Below, in pieces: positions 49,494 through 60,255 of a DNA stretch of 64,000 nt (position 1 is the stretch's first letter; each line of letters starts with the position of its first letter). The DNA comes from Nemertoderma westbladi (lineage: Eukaryota > Animalia > Xenacoelomorpha), in assembly GCA_032718475.1 (NCBI GenBank), contig JAUCBJ010008464.1:71816-135815 (forward strand), read 5' to 3'. Made by a program: the position numbers and the translations under genes. The notes under the pieces are model-generated. The model did not search any database, was not told the DNA's origin, and saw nothing but the letters and a program-made list of their open reading frames with translations.

Positions 49494-50584
49494 GGAGATT
49501 CAGCCTATCGCGCTCGGAACAGCGACAACGATTATGGTATCAAGGTCCACAGTGTCTCACTGCGTACGATTATCGCCATGCCAACTATGTTTCTCGGCAA
49601 CATTGTCGGTTATGCGCATCGAGAGACCATGTTACGCCCATGGACACAAACGTCCGCTGTTCCTATTTCCACGAACAACCGGCGATGGAAATTTATTGCG
49701 CATATTGCAGATTTAATAATTTGCACATTTTTGCCGTTTGCCCTCAATTTATGACTCAATGTCACCATTGTCAACTAAAGGGACATGCCAGTTTCGATTG
49801 CCCTTTTAATCACGATTTGGAAAGCGTAGATGAAATGATCACACTACGTTACATCAGAGCTTGGGAAGCGAACACTGATTTATATTGTGATTCACGCCAT
49901 CGCTATTATCCTGGACGCGCCTACGAAGGAGTTTATGCGTTCCATCCATATTTGTTTGCCTCCGTCGAGCAGAAATCGCGCCTATCAAGTTATGAACTAT
50001 TGAAGCGCGTTGGAGAATGTATTTCAACCAAATATGTACGCAAATTCCTCAGGAGCATTAATCCGAGTGACATCAATTCGTATAACTTAATAAACTTTAT
50101 CCGTCAAGATCCGGCCTATGGAGACTTATTTGTCAACTCACACCCTGAGTTACAGGAAGTATATCGACGGCCTTACGAGTACAGAACCCGCGAACGCGAG
50201 TTGGAAAGAACCATTAAACCAAGGAAGTTTCTAACTGCCTATGGTCCACCCACGGCCCTCGTTCAGACCACTCGTAAAGGACCCGTAAGAGCGGCTGTCT
50301 TGAAACGAGCTCTCAAAGCCGTTAGACCCTCTCCCCGGACGTTGATGTCAATCAACCCGGTGCTTCGACCGGCGGGTATACCGATCGCAATCCCATACCT
50401 TCTGATGCAATCATATTGCACTCTTCACCCAGGAGTTATAGCCCTCCTCGTAAAGTGGCTCGCCCCAAAGAGAAAAGGACTCTTGCTAGCTTTAAAAAAC
50501 TGCGTAAACGCCGTCCGCGCAAGAAAGACTAACTGTTTAGAGTATTTTTATATTTTAGAAACTGTGATTTTGTATATTTTATAG
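49487..50584 (+). CDS. Accessory ORF3 C-terminal part with three CCHC-type zinc knuckles (copy C)
   Basis: Frame open from 49487 (first ATG 49640): CRLCASRDH...C, CAYCRFNNLHIFAVC, CHHCQLKGHASFDC; distal part homologous to 26258-26717. Confidence 0.75.
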   Translation, partial: NLRRFSLSRSEQRQRLWYQGPQCLTAYDYRHANYVSRQHCRLCASRDHVTPMDTNVRCSYFHEQPAMEIYCAYCRFNNLHIFAVCPQFMTQCHHCQLKGHASFDCPFNHDLESVDEMITLRYIRAWEANTDLYCDSRHRYYPGRAYEGVYAFHPYLFASVEQKSRLSSYELLKRVGECISTKYVRKFLRSINPSDINSYNLINFIRQDPAYGDLFVNSHPELQEVYRRPYEYRTRERELERTIKPRKFLTAYGPPTALVQTTRKGPVRAAVLKRALKAVRPSPRTLMSINPVLRPAGIPIAIPYLLMQSYCTLHPGVIALLVKWLAPKRKGLLLALKNCVNAVRARKTNCLEYFYILETVILYIL

Positions 50585-50610
50585 ACTTAAATCCCATTTT
50601 CTGGGAGCGG

Positions 50611-51853
50611 TGTAAAAGCTTCTGTGGGATCTAACTGGCCCCTTTTGCTTCGCAATCCAGTTTCCCCCCAGGCGCTGGAATACTCTAAAAAGGTTCTCTA
50701 ACTGTATATATATTCCCCTCGTGTTTTAACGGTTATCGGTGTTTTAACGGACATAAAAGTCATTCTGCTATATACGTGTTTTGGCGGACATGGTAAGGCA
50801 AAAAACCTGTAATGCACCAACTACCTTTCACAGCTTAGCCGTGATGATTCATATTACGACATCTAACAGCTGGTTGCTGACATGGAAACAGCCATTGGAT
50901 GCATGGTTCTTTGTTCGGCTTGAGCCAATCAGAGCGATTTTTCCTGTCGACGTGTAGCTTTTCGGTCGATCATAAGGAGAGTGTTCAGTCTTACTGCTTT
51001 TACTTGATACTTTGTTGTTATTGCTGTCTAAGCCAGAAACACCGGCTTTTTGGGAAGAACTCTAGTAAAACTGCTTAAATTATCGAAAGTATAAACTGTT
51101 ACCTTAACAAATCAATAACTCACTAATTAACATGCTCACTTAATTTAATTGCATTAATCATATTGTTTGTACTGTTATTTTACCGTCAGTTATTAATTGT
51201 ACCTATTTGTTGATGGAAATATTGCTCTTTGGATAATACGGATAAATCACCCAAATTCCCAATTTTCTTGATACACTACAGGTTAGAGAGACCGGCTATA
51301 CATAACAATTGCGATTTATATTAATGTGGTGTGTATTGAATCCAATGTTATTTAGCAGACCCTACGTGAGTCAATTGCTGCTCTCTTTATGTGTGATCAA
51401 ATATACTGACGGTCGGCAGAATAGTGTGTATGATTGTGATTGGTAACAAAGTATTTCCTAAAGAATACGTTTTATACTTCAATCATAAGCAGTATCGTTG
51501 CGTTTTAGTATAAGTCTTAGTTCTGTTTAGATAGATAGAGCGCCACGTCCTAAAGGAACTGTTAATATTTCCCGAAAGCCAATAATATCTGTCAGAAATT
51601 AATTATTAACGATCTATCGAATAATACAGTAAGTTTACACTGCAACCTTACACTGCAATAATAAAATTTAAGCATCCGAATTCAGCCTCCCGGGTGTAGA
51701 TCCATCGGGTGAATGATCGCGCATGGGCTGACTTCGGCTAATGTTTTGTGTATTAGCATAAAATATTGTCGTATGCTAAAGGTGTTTTTATTAACTAAAA
51801 GACATATAAATTTTGGCAGGTTAAACTGCTAAAGGTCTTCAAAAGCGCGAACA
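50611..51853 (+). repeat. Copy C 3' LTR (1243 bp)
   Basis: Follows the PPT; ends CGCGAACA then TSD GCAAT. Confidence 0.97.
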
Positions 51854-51858
51854 GCAAT

Positions 51859-54800
51859 GTATGGTTTAGATTTGGAGACGGTGAACGCTATTTATCTAAA
51901 GTTAGAGCCAAAATTCCAATTCATGTTGGAAGTCAACGTGTATATCTTCATGTAAATCTCGTACAATGTGATATACCTCTTCTTTTGTCTAGATCTGCGA
52001 TTAAAAAAGCCAACAGAAAAATAGATTTCAATGAAGATACAATAGAACTCCTTGGAGAAAAATTAGACCTAATCATTTCTTCAACTGGGCATTATTGTTT
52101 AGCCTTGTACCGTTCCAAGGAGTTGATGGTAGAAAATGCTAAACAGATTCTATTTACTTCACCACTGAAAGGAAAAGACAAAAATGAGTTAGAAAAAGAT
52201 ATAAATAAACTTCATAAACAGTTCGCACATCCTCCAGCTAGTCGATTAAAAGAACTAATTACGGATGCTGGCTATAGTTCTATACTTATAAACTCGATCA
52301 TAGATGATGTTACAAAACAGTGCGATATATGTAAGCGCTTCAAATCAGCTCCTTTGAAACCTGTAGTTGGGTTCCCATTAGCTAATACATTCAATGAAAC
52401 AGTTGGAATGGATCTGAAAGAAATTAGACCTGGTTTTCATATTCTTCACTTTGTTGATCACGCCACAAGGTTCTCTCAAGCTGCCTTGATTAATAATAAA
52501 CGCAAAGAGACGATCGTTGAAAAGATATTTGATTATTGGATTCGGCTGTTTGGTGCACCAATGAAATTCCTCTCGGACAACGGGGGCGAATTCAACAATG
52601 GAGAATTGCTTGAATTATGTGAAAAATTTAACATTCGGGTTCTCACCACCGCAGCAGAAAGCCCTTGGTCGAATGGGCTTGTTGAAAGACACAACAGAAT
52701 ATTAGCGAATTGCATCGAAAAAATTGTATTCCAATCCCCTGTTAATTTAAACTTGGCTGTACAATGGGCAATATCCGCCAAAAATTCTTTGATCAATGTT
52801 TACGGTTTCACTCCTAATGTTTTGGTGTTTGGGAAAAATCCAAATTTCCCATCAAACTTTGTGAATAAATTACCAGCTGACGGTTCCGCATGTAGTAGTA
52901 GTATAGTTAGGGATAACCTAAATGCTCTCCACTTGGCCAGAGAGTCTTTCATACGCCAAGAAAGTTGTGAAAAACTCCGGCGGTCACTCAGCAGAAAAAC
53001 GAGAGCTTATTCCGATTACATATTTACAAATGGTGAAGAGGTATACTACAAACGCAATAATTCAACAGCATGGAAAGGGCCAGCAAAAGTGCTTGGAGTG
53101 GACAATAAAATGGTATTGGTTAAACATGGCGGCCAATATTTAAGAGTGCATCCATGTCGTCTACAACTGGTTAATGTGAATGTTAAAAATGACGAAATAA
53201 CATCATCGAATTATAATGTGAATAACAAAGTAATCGAAACTTCAGATGATGATTCTGATATGAATGAGAACAATCTGTCGAATATACCTGGCTACTCACC
53301 AGATGCTGCTGCTAATAGTTTTGAAGGAACATCCACTCCGAGTATTGGAAAAGACGAAACACAAGAAAACACAAAGACAAAGTTACCATGCACTAAAGAG
53401 AATATAGAATATCTGGAAAATAATTCAGATCAATGGAAGTCAGCTAAGATTCTAGGACGAGGCGGTAAAGCTACTGGTAAATTTTGGCATTTTATAAATA
53501 TGGAAAATGCAGCGGGTGAGCAATATTGTAAGAGTTTTAGAGATGACATTAAAGAGTGGAGAATTAACACTGTTTCAGATGGAACCAAGAACAATACGGT
53601 AGATGCAGAGGAAGCTTCAGAGGAAACTGTAACAGATACATTTATTTCAAGTGATGTGGATGATAATATGAAACGTTTTGATCGTGCAAAGGAAGAAGAA
53701 TTAAAGAAGTGGATAGACATGAAGACATATGTCGAGGTAGAAGATGCTGGTCAATACGCAATATCCACCAAATGGGTTCTAACTGAGAAATTGAAGAACG
53801 ATGGAGTACAGTTGAAGGCTCGTCTCTGTGCTCGAGGGTTTGAGGACGATGGCTGTGGCAGAACTGAATCACCAACATGCTATAAAGACTCACTTAGAGT
53901 ATGTTTAATATTGATTTCAACATTTGGATTGAGGCTTAATGTCATTGATATAAAGAGTGCATATCTGCAAGGAATTCCCATGGAGAGGGATGTATATATT
54001 CTCCCACCAAAAGAATCGCATACTGCATTTCTATGGAGACTAAATCATTCGGTTTATGGTCTCAATGAATCGGGACGAAAGTGGTATCTGAGAGTCGTTG
54101 AGGAGTTTACTAAACTGAATGTAAAGAAATCACAATTCGATCCAGCTATATTTTATTCTCATCGTAACAATAAACTCAATGGAATAATAGTAATCCACAT
54201 TGATGACATGGTTTGGGCTGGAGATGATTTCTTCAAAATTAATATTATCGATCGATTGAAATCTACATTTATTGTTAGCTATGAATCTAGTGTTGTCATG
54301 AAATACCTTGGTCTAGATTTAAAGCAAGACAGAGATTGCGTTACAATTAATTTATCAAAATATGTACAAGATATTAATGCCGGTAACATTGAAGTACCAT
54401 CCGACCGAATTTCCGTGAAAGAAAGTCCTCTAACTGATCATGAAGCCAGAGAATATAAAGGTTTGTTGGGCCAATTAAACTGGGCAACTACACAATGTCT
54501 GCTCGATGCTTCATTTGACTCTTGTCAACTGGCGTGCTTTTCTAGGAGCGCTAACATTGGGCATCTGTTGAGAATCTTAAAAACAATAAAAAGATTGAAA
54601 TACAATGACTTATCTATTCATCTGCATAATCTTGGAGAACCAAATCATCTCGAAATACTATGTTATAGTGATGCGAGTTTGGGTAATTTACCTGATGGTG
54701 GATCTCAGGGTGGCCACATTGTGTTACTTCTCGGTAATAACAACAAAGCATCCATCATATCGTGGCATAGTAAGCGTATTCGACGAGTAGTTAAAAGTTC

Positions 54801-55155
54801 GCTGGCGGCGGAAACGGTTGAAATGGTAGAAGCTGTCGAATCAGCATTTCTACAATCTCAATTCATAAAGGAATTGATAGGTAATATAGATATACCCATA
54901 ACAGCCCTAACTGATAGTAAATCATTGTATGAAGCCACTCACTCCTTAACATCAGTTCGAGACAAGCGACTACGAATAGATATTGCGATTCTGAGAGAAA
55001 TGTTGGCTCACAAAGAACTTTCAGGTATCATCTGGGTTCCCACCAATCTGCAAATCGCAAACGTTCTCACCAAACAAGGAGCTAATGTCGGGTCTATTAA
55101 ATGGGCTCTACGACGATCAGCTACATATGATAGACATGAATGGAAATTTAAATGA
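51859..55155 (+). CDS. pol: Copia gag-pol, 3' part (protease end, integrase, RT, RNase H)
   Basis: FRFGDG, DIPLLLS, LHKQFAH..CDIC, SDNGGEF, SPWSNGLVERHN, KARLCARGF, DIKSAYLQG, YGLNESGRKW, HIDD, YSDAS, SSLAAE, TDSKSL. Confidence 0.95.
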   Translation, partial: VWFRFGDGERYLSKVRAKIPIHVGSQRVYLHVNLVQCDIPLLLSRSAIKKANRKIDFNEDTIELLGEKLDLIISSTGHYCLALYRSKELMVENAKQILFTSPLKGKDKNELEKDINKLHKQFAHPPASRLKELITDAGYSSILINSIIDDVTKQCDICKRFKSAPLKPVVGFPLANTFNETVGMDLKEIRPGFHILHFVDHATRFSQAALINNKRKETIVEKIFDYWIRLFGAPMKFLSDNGGEFNNGELLELCEKFNIRVLTTAAESPWSNGLVERHNRILANCIEKIVFQSPVNLNLAVQWAISAKNSLINVYGFTPNVLVFGKNPNFPSNFVNKLPADGSACSSSIVRDNLNALHLARESFIRQESCEKLRRSLSRKTRAYSDYIFTNGEEVYYKRNNSTAWKGPAKVLGVDNKMVLVKHGGQYLRVHPCRLQLVNVNVKNDEITSSNYNVNNKVIETSDDDSDMNENNLSNIPGYSPDAAANSFEGTSTPSIGKDETQENTKTKLPCTKENIEYLENNSDQWKSAKILGRGGKATGKFWHFINMENAAGEQYCKSFRDDIKEWRINTVSDGTKNNTVDAEEASEETVTDTFISSDVDDNMKRFDRAKEEELKKWIDMKTYVEVEDAGQYAISTKWVLTEKLKNDGVQLKARLCARGFEDDGCGRTESPTCYKDSLRVCLILISTFGLRLNVIDIKSAYLQGIPMERDVYILPPKESHTAFLWRLNHSVYGLNESGRKWYLRVVEEFTKLNVKKSQFDPAIFYSHRNNKLNGIIVIHIDDMVWAGDDFFKINIIDRLKSTFIVSYESSVVMKYLGLDLKQDRDCVTINLSKYVQDINAGNIEVPSDRISVKESPLTDHEAREYKGLLGQLNWATTQCLLDASFDSCQLACFSRSANIGHLLRILKTIKRLKYNDLSIHLHNLGEPNHLEILCYSDASLGNLPDGGSQGGHIVLLLGNNNKASIISWHSKRIRRVVKSSLAAETVEMVEAVESAFLQSQFIKELIGNIDIPITALTDSKSLYEATHSLTSVRDKRLRIDIAILREMLAHKELSGIIWVPTNLQIANVLTKQGANVGSIKWALRRSATYDRHEWKFK

Positions 55156-55335
55156 ATTGATGTTTTGATGCTATAATAACTCCAATGTCCCAAGTTTAAA
55201 TTTGAATAATGAAATATTTTTGGGGAGCTATCGCAAGTGTGACGGGTTGAGATTTACTTGGTAATTATTTATTTACTTAATATGTGAACTGAGGTGGTGG
55301 TTACCTATTAATATTATTAGAAAGTTATGGGAGTA

Positions 55336-55500
55336 TGTGAATGAGGATTAGCGGGAGATTTGAACTATGTTTTACATGTGTAAGCTTGACAGTATTAGTG
55401 GTACAGTATGGTACAGTAGTCAGACAGTAAAGGGATACCAGTACGGTATTACCTAGTGCAATATGCTTTTCAATATGCTTGTTATTATATCGCATTAACA
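55336..55500 (+). repeat. Copia 3' LTR
   Basis: Follows a purine-rich tract; followed by CAATG. Confidence 0.96.
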
Positions 55501-56328
55501 CAATGATCCCGACTGGGTTAGGTTGTACGCGTCACTTTGCTGCTTGGCTGCTGAACTGATATCTTTGGGCGAAGGCCGTCGGGAAAATAACAAAGTTTGT
55601 GTTTCTCGTTGTTAATGTTCCAATGATAGTAGATGACAGCAGTATATGAAATGACGGTCTAAACTATTGCCGGTCCCTAATTGTGTGATTAATGAACTGT
55701 AAACAGTAATCAGTAATCAGGATAACTATATGATTGATACACATACATATTGGTTTCACCTCTACTCTACTTTGGCCTTTGCTACCCAATGGATGCTTTC
55801 CTATCTTTCCCCACGTGCTTTCCTGCCCGCTATTGGCTTATATACTAATTGTCACTTTGGCACTCCCTGTAGGTGTTACCCCCTGCTGCTAGCCTCGACT
55901 AGCTGGGTTCTCCCTCTGAGGTGGTTTGACCTCTCACCTTTCTCTGTGGCTTTAGGGCCTATGTTGCCCCCCCCCCCCCCCCCGAGTTGGTTATGAGGCG
56001 CGAATATTATTGGTAATCTTTCTATTGCAAACTATATTGGTAAAATGCCACTGGTCCCATTTTCGGGTGGGTAATGTAAGGTAATTGAATCCGCTTACAT
56101 CCAGGCTCTGGATGAAATTTTAGCAACCCTAACTAGAGAGCCCCAACTTATGTAAAATACTGCTCACATACATTAAATGAAATAAAAATCACTCTTACAT
56201 TATAAACATATTTCTCCCATGATCATTCGTTTATTTGGATTCGTTTATAATTTGCCGTAATATTATTAATCCATTGCAATAGTGAGTAACTTCTTAGTAA
56301 TTTCAGAACATTTTCTGAATAAACTTAC

Positions 56329-56529
56329 CTATATCTGTTCAAAAACTTCCACCTCCTCTATGTTGATGATATCTGCTCCATGAAAGATAATGGTATATCT
56401 TCCATTCAATCCTTGACATGGTACACTGATGACAAGAGCCGGGGATGATATTGTGTCACACAGCTGATCAATGTTACTATCAAGCCCACGCAAATAAACT
56501 TCATCATTGACATTATTTATAACCAATAC
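56329..56529 (-). CDS. Host gene exon: C-terminal half of an F-type lectin (fucolectin/F5-8)-like domain
   Basis: tttatag| acceptor in phase 0, VLVINN...LCDTI...VPCQGLNGRYTIIF...INIEEVEVF, TAG stop followed by gtaagt. Confidence 0.78.
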   Translation of the reverse strand, partial: VLVINNVNDEVYLRGLDSNIDQLCDTISSPALVISVPCQGLNGRYTIIFHGADIINIEEVEVFEQI

Positions 56530-56899
56530 CTATAAATAAATAAATTTTTAATTAACGGCCTTTTAATAAATAAATAAAGCTCATATTTTGTAGTTAACAG
56601 TTATATTTAGGCCTTTTAAAATTACATTCATTCATAATATAATTCCAGCATATATATACCGGTACAATAAATATTCGATAGTTATTAATGTAGTGCAAAT
56701 TTATAAATATTATCTGTGCATTTCAATTCTACCCCGAAAGGGGGTGTACATTAAACTATTATTATAAATAAATAAATAAATTAATTTTGTTTAAAAAATT
56801 AATGCGGGTTAATGATCAACCTTTCATTAAATATCATTAAATATTTACAAATATAACAGGAATTTATAATAATATGGTGATATTTCACTATTTTAAATT

Positions 56900-57515
56900 T
56901 CCAATATATTCAGATAGTTTTTGGCAATACAAATTTATAGCCAACATTTTGGAAAGGATCCAAAATTTGTTGTGTTTGAATTACAATAACAGTACACGTC
57001 CATGTGACCTTCGCACACATGTAAGTCTAGACAATTCGCTCGGGACTACTTCATAAATCTGTTGATGATATGACTGAAACATTCATCAAAACATTAGAGG
57101 GAAGCTTGTTTCGAGAATGTTTCCCCATGAATCAAACGTGATAAACTCAAAATACGAAAAACAAGAAGGATCATTTTCAAAAAACGCAAAAACCTCTCCT
57201 TTCTTGTACCTGTAAAATTGTACCTTTCCTAATTGATGATGAGGTCATTACTGATCTCACCGATATATGTGTAGCTCTACAGGGTGAGTATGTACCCGTT
57301 TTCTCAAATCCTATAACATCATCACGCGTTTAGAATCCAACCTGCTTCTTTAAAATTGGTCCCAATCCCAAGTTAAAGGAAATCGATATTACCCTTGATA
57401 AAATTTCAAAGGCGATTGACGAGCAATGTTCGGCTTCTGCCCCAGGTCCGGATGGTGTTCCTGCCTTGCTTTTGAAATCATGTAAACATCAGTTACTTTA
57501 CCCTCTTCAAATTAT
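56900..57515 (+). mobile_element. Decayed LINE ORF2 fragment in the lectin intron
   Basis: Remnant SASAPGPDGVPALLLKSCKHQLLYPL (start of RT region). Confidence 0.6.
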
Positions 57516-57825
57516 ATTGTTGGTGAAACTCGCCTATATTTAGTTTATCCGTTATATCCAGTATCTTAAATATCTTTATAAGCTCACATTAGCTTATATT
57601 CCCTTGCCTGATTTCACCAATGATGTTCCCATATTACGGCACAGTGAATTCATTACTATTAATATCTTGATATATTATATAATTATAGATACGACCCCAA
57701 TCGGGGCAAACGGTAAAATGTAAAATTTAAATCATTATAAAATTAATTAAAATATATATACAAACTATTTACGGGATAGTACGGGCTAGTGGATAGGCGG
57801 GGGGGGGGGGGGGGGGGGGGGGGGG

Positions 57826-58250
57826 TTACAGAGTCGCAAGGACCGGTAGTGTGGGGCTCTGTGGGCACACGAGAGCGTGGTAGCGGTTTTCGCAGGAGTC
57901 GCCACAGAATCTACACTCACAACTTGCAGCAAGTTCGTGAAACGGTTGAGAGTTGCTGCAGAGTTTGTGGTGGAACCCGTGGGAGGTGCACCGGGTTAGT
58001 ATGTGCCGGTTTCGCTGCCCTGGACGTCTCCAGGTGCGGTTGGCGAACGCGGGACCAAGGGAGTATCTTTCCTCTGTATAGTTTGTTTCGCGTTCATCAC
58101 GGAAGTCTGATAGGCAATTAAAACGTCGGTATTGAATACGGTTGGAGATTTTGAAATTATGTCAGTGATAAATGTAGGCCTATCCGTTTCGATTAGATGT
58201 AGTGCAAGAGTGGATGAGACTGAGTTATGTAGTCCTAACATGCGTTTGAC
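57826..58250 (-). mobile_element. Non-LTR retrotransposon ORF2 C-terminal fragment
   Basis: Minus frame reads WRRPGQRNRHILTRCTSHGFHHKLC...FH...CECRFCGDSCENRYHALVC*, a C-terminal Cys/His finger. Confidence 0.6.
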
Positions 58251-58636
58251 GTGCGCGTTCTTTATTTTATCGAGGTTTTTTTAGATGTATCAGTTTGATA
58301 TCTTGATATATTGGTGGTTGGTTAGGTTATTGAAACGTAATTTACATTGTGTGCTTTCCTTTCTTTCTCATACTCTGCCTATTGTAGAAGATTCAGCTGT
58401 AACAGCCAGCTGGCCGTTAATGATATTTACAGCAATAATTGCGAATAATAATAATACAAACGTTTTTATTGCTGGGGAAGACCCTCTATCCTTAACATAT
58501 TATAAGGCTTAACTGGACTTACGTGGCTTGCCCCCTATTTAAAAATCATTGGGTATCTTACTGTATTACTCATTAATCAGAGGGATAGCTTTAGGACCTA
58601 TTAGCTTTAGGCTCACATTCACATTCAAATATTTAC

Positions 58637-58887
58637 CTTCGCGCCAATTATTCTCTGCTCATATCCTCTTCTGTTGTAAATCATAATGCCATCAATCGAC
58701 TTTACACTGCCGAGATCCACCCACCACCAGTTGGGAGGGTTCAGATCCGAATGGAATCCGCAAGAGGATACATCATACCAATAATCGCCAGTCTTTCTGC
58801 CGTTATTAGCTAAATTCGATGTACAGCCACCCCATGGGGTGTCATCGCGACCAGTAGGTTTGTTCACAATATCCAGTTTTCTTCCAC
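58637..58887 (-). CDS. Host gene exon: N-terminal half of an F-type lectin-like domain
   Basis: gattag| acceptor and AAG|gtaaat donor; LANNG...CGFHSD..PNWWWVDLG...IYNR..EQR (His-x26-Arg); splices in frame to the exon at 56529. Confidence 0.82.
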
Positions 58888-59049
58888 CTAATCACAATCA
58901 AAATAATAATACCAAATATTTGCTACTATTACCCTACTTCTATATCATAATTAAATTACAATATATCAACTTGGCGATACAACTACCTATAAATATTTCC
59001 ACTATACAAAATGTGGCTGTTTCACGTTTCAGATCAGGTCAGGTATTCT

Positions 59050-60076
59050 AGGTCATTGATCAAGAAAACTTGCCACCTCCATGCAGCATAAAGGAGGTGC
59101 CACCTGTAGCTGCATAGACCCTCTTACTAGGGCAAATCTGGTCCTGTAACTAGGACCCCCTTCGTTCTGGGATAAGGACGCCCTTGGTCCTGGATTAAGG
59201 ACCCATATACTTGGCTGCAGGGGTATATGGCCTGATCAGGCAGATGGTGATCTACCAATGGCTGGTCCGGAGTAGAGTGTTCTCATGTCCATTCTGAGAG
59301 CACTTCACTGCGACCTGCACCTGGCAGCAAGGGTACAGGGCATGACCCAGCAGATGAGCTGCAACAGCCAATGGTGGGTCATGTGCGGCAGAGTAGATAT
59401 GGGTGATGGGCCTCATATCTGACTCCATTGCGACACCCACCCTGTGGAATGGCAAACCAGGGTGTGGTATTTGCCCCGAGAGCTGACTCGGCAAAAAAGC
59501 ACCCCCAACCCCCACTATGGATTACATTAGCAATGCGGAGGTCCGGCCACTAGAGGCCAGTGGAATTACCGGACACAATCGGCCTCACAAGCGTCAGTTA
59601 ACTGCTGACCGGCTGCCTGTCTCACCCCCTACTGGAGAGAGATCAGCCAACAATTATTTGAGTCCCTTTCCTGATGACCTTTCTGGCCCAAACCCTGGGT
59701 CACCAGGAAGGCCAGATTGTGATGGGGGGAGGGATTCTGGAGTTGGAGGCTACTCTCATGTTCCACCCCGACCAACAAAGCCATTGGTGAATCTGAGGCA
59801 AGTCACAAGACTAGCCTCAGTAAACACCCTAACACTCGGGTCCCCAATGCGACAAGGTGAGCTGACTGCCTTGGCAGATAAGCTTTCTCTTAGCGCAGTG
59901 GGTGTTCAATAGCACCGAATGCAGACTGGACAGACTGATGAGGTTCTGATTAAGGACATGGGGGGCGGTTGGCGACTCGCCCTTGCGTCAGCAGATGATA
60001 GTGGCAATGGTGGAATTGGTCTATTGATGAATCCAACTGCACATGCAGCATTGGACAAAATAGACCAATTTTATCA
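59050..60076 (+). mobile_element. 5' portion of an RTE-like LINE (UTR plus APE endonuclease start, pseudogenised)
   Basis: RLASVNTLTL...AVGVQ*HR and GNGGIGLLM endonuclease-like motifs after a GC-richer leader. Confidence 0.6.
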
Positions 60077-60255
60077 ACGGAAATAATAACCTGAAGCGAA
60101 TAAAACTGAATAATCACTGATGCCGTTCCAGAAGCAAATTAACCTGTATAATTACCGAGGCCGCAGGCCGAGGTTATTATATTAGGTTAATTTGCTGAAG
60201 GATTAGGCATAAGTGATTTATTACAGTTTTATTCGCTGAAGGTTTTTATTTCCGT
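60077..60255. repeat. Imperfect ~180-bp palindrome centred on CCGAGGCCGCAGGCCGAGG
   Basis: acggaaata..cgaataaaactg..agcaaattaacct and its reverse complement on the other arm. Confidence 0.8.

Larger units (their letters stand above)
39783..51853 (+). mobile_element. Complete, young non-autonomous BEL/Pao copy C (12.07 kb)
   Basis: TSD GCAAT (39778-39782 and 51854-51858), near-identical LTRs with TGT...ACA ends, PPT GGGAGCGG at 50603-50610. Confidence 0.97.
38144..55500 (+). mobile_element. Ty1/Copia LTR retrotransposon, GalEa-like, interrupted by BEL copy C
   Basis: 165-bp LTRs 38144-38308 and 55336-55500 (TG...CA, 2 differences), TSD CAATG, PBS TGGTAGCAGA, domain order gag-PR-IN-RT-RH. Confidence 0.96.

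Noticed and set aside
59065-59145. HDV-like ribozyme at the 5' end of the RTE-like LINE
   Set aside because: A 7-bp ATGCAGC/GCTGCAT stem and a P4-like hairpin are visible, but I could not build P2, P3 and P1.1 consistently; needs an RNArobo or Infernal search.
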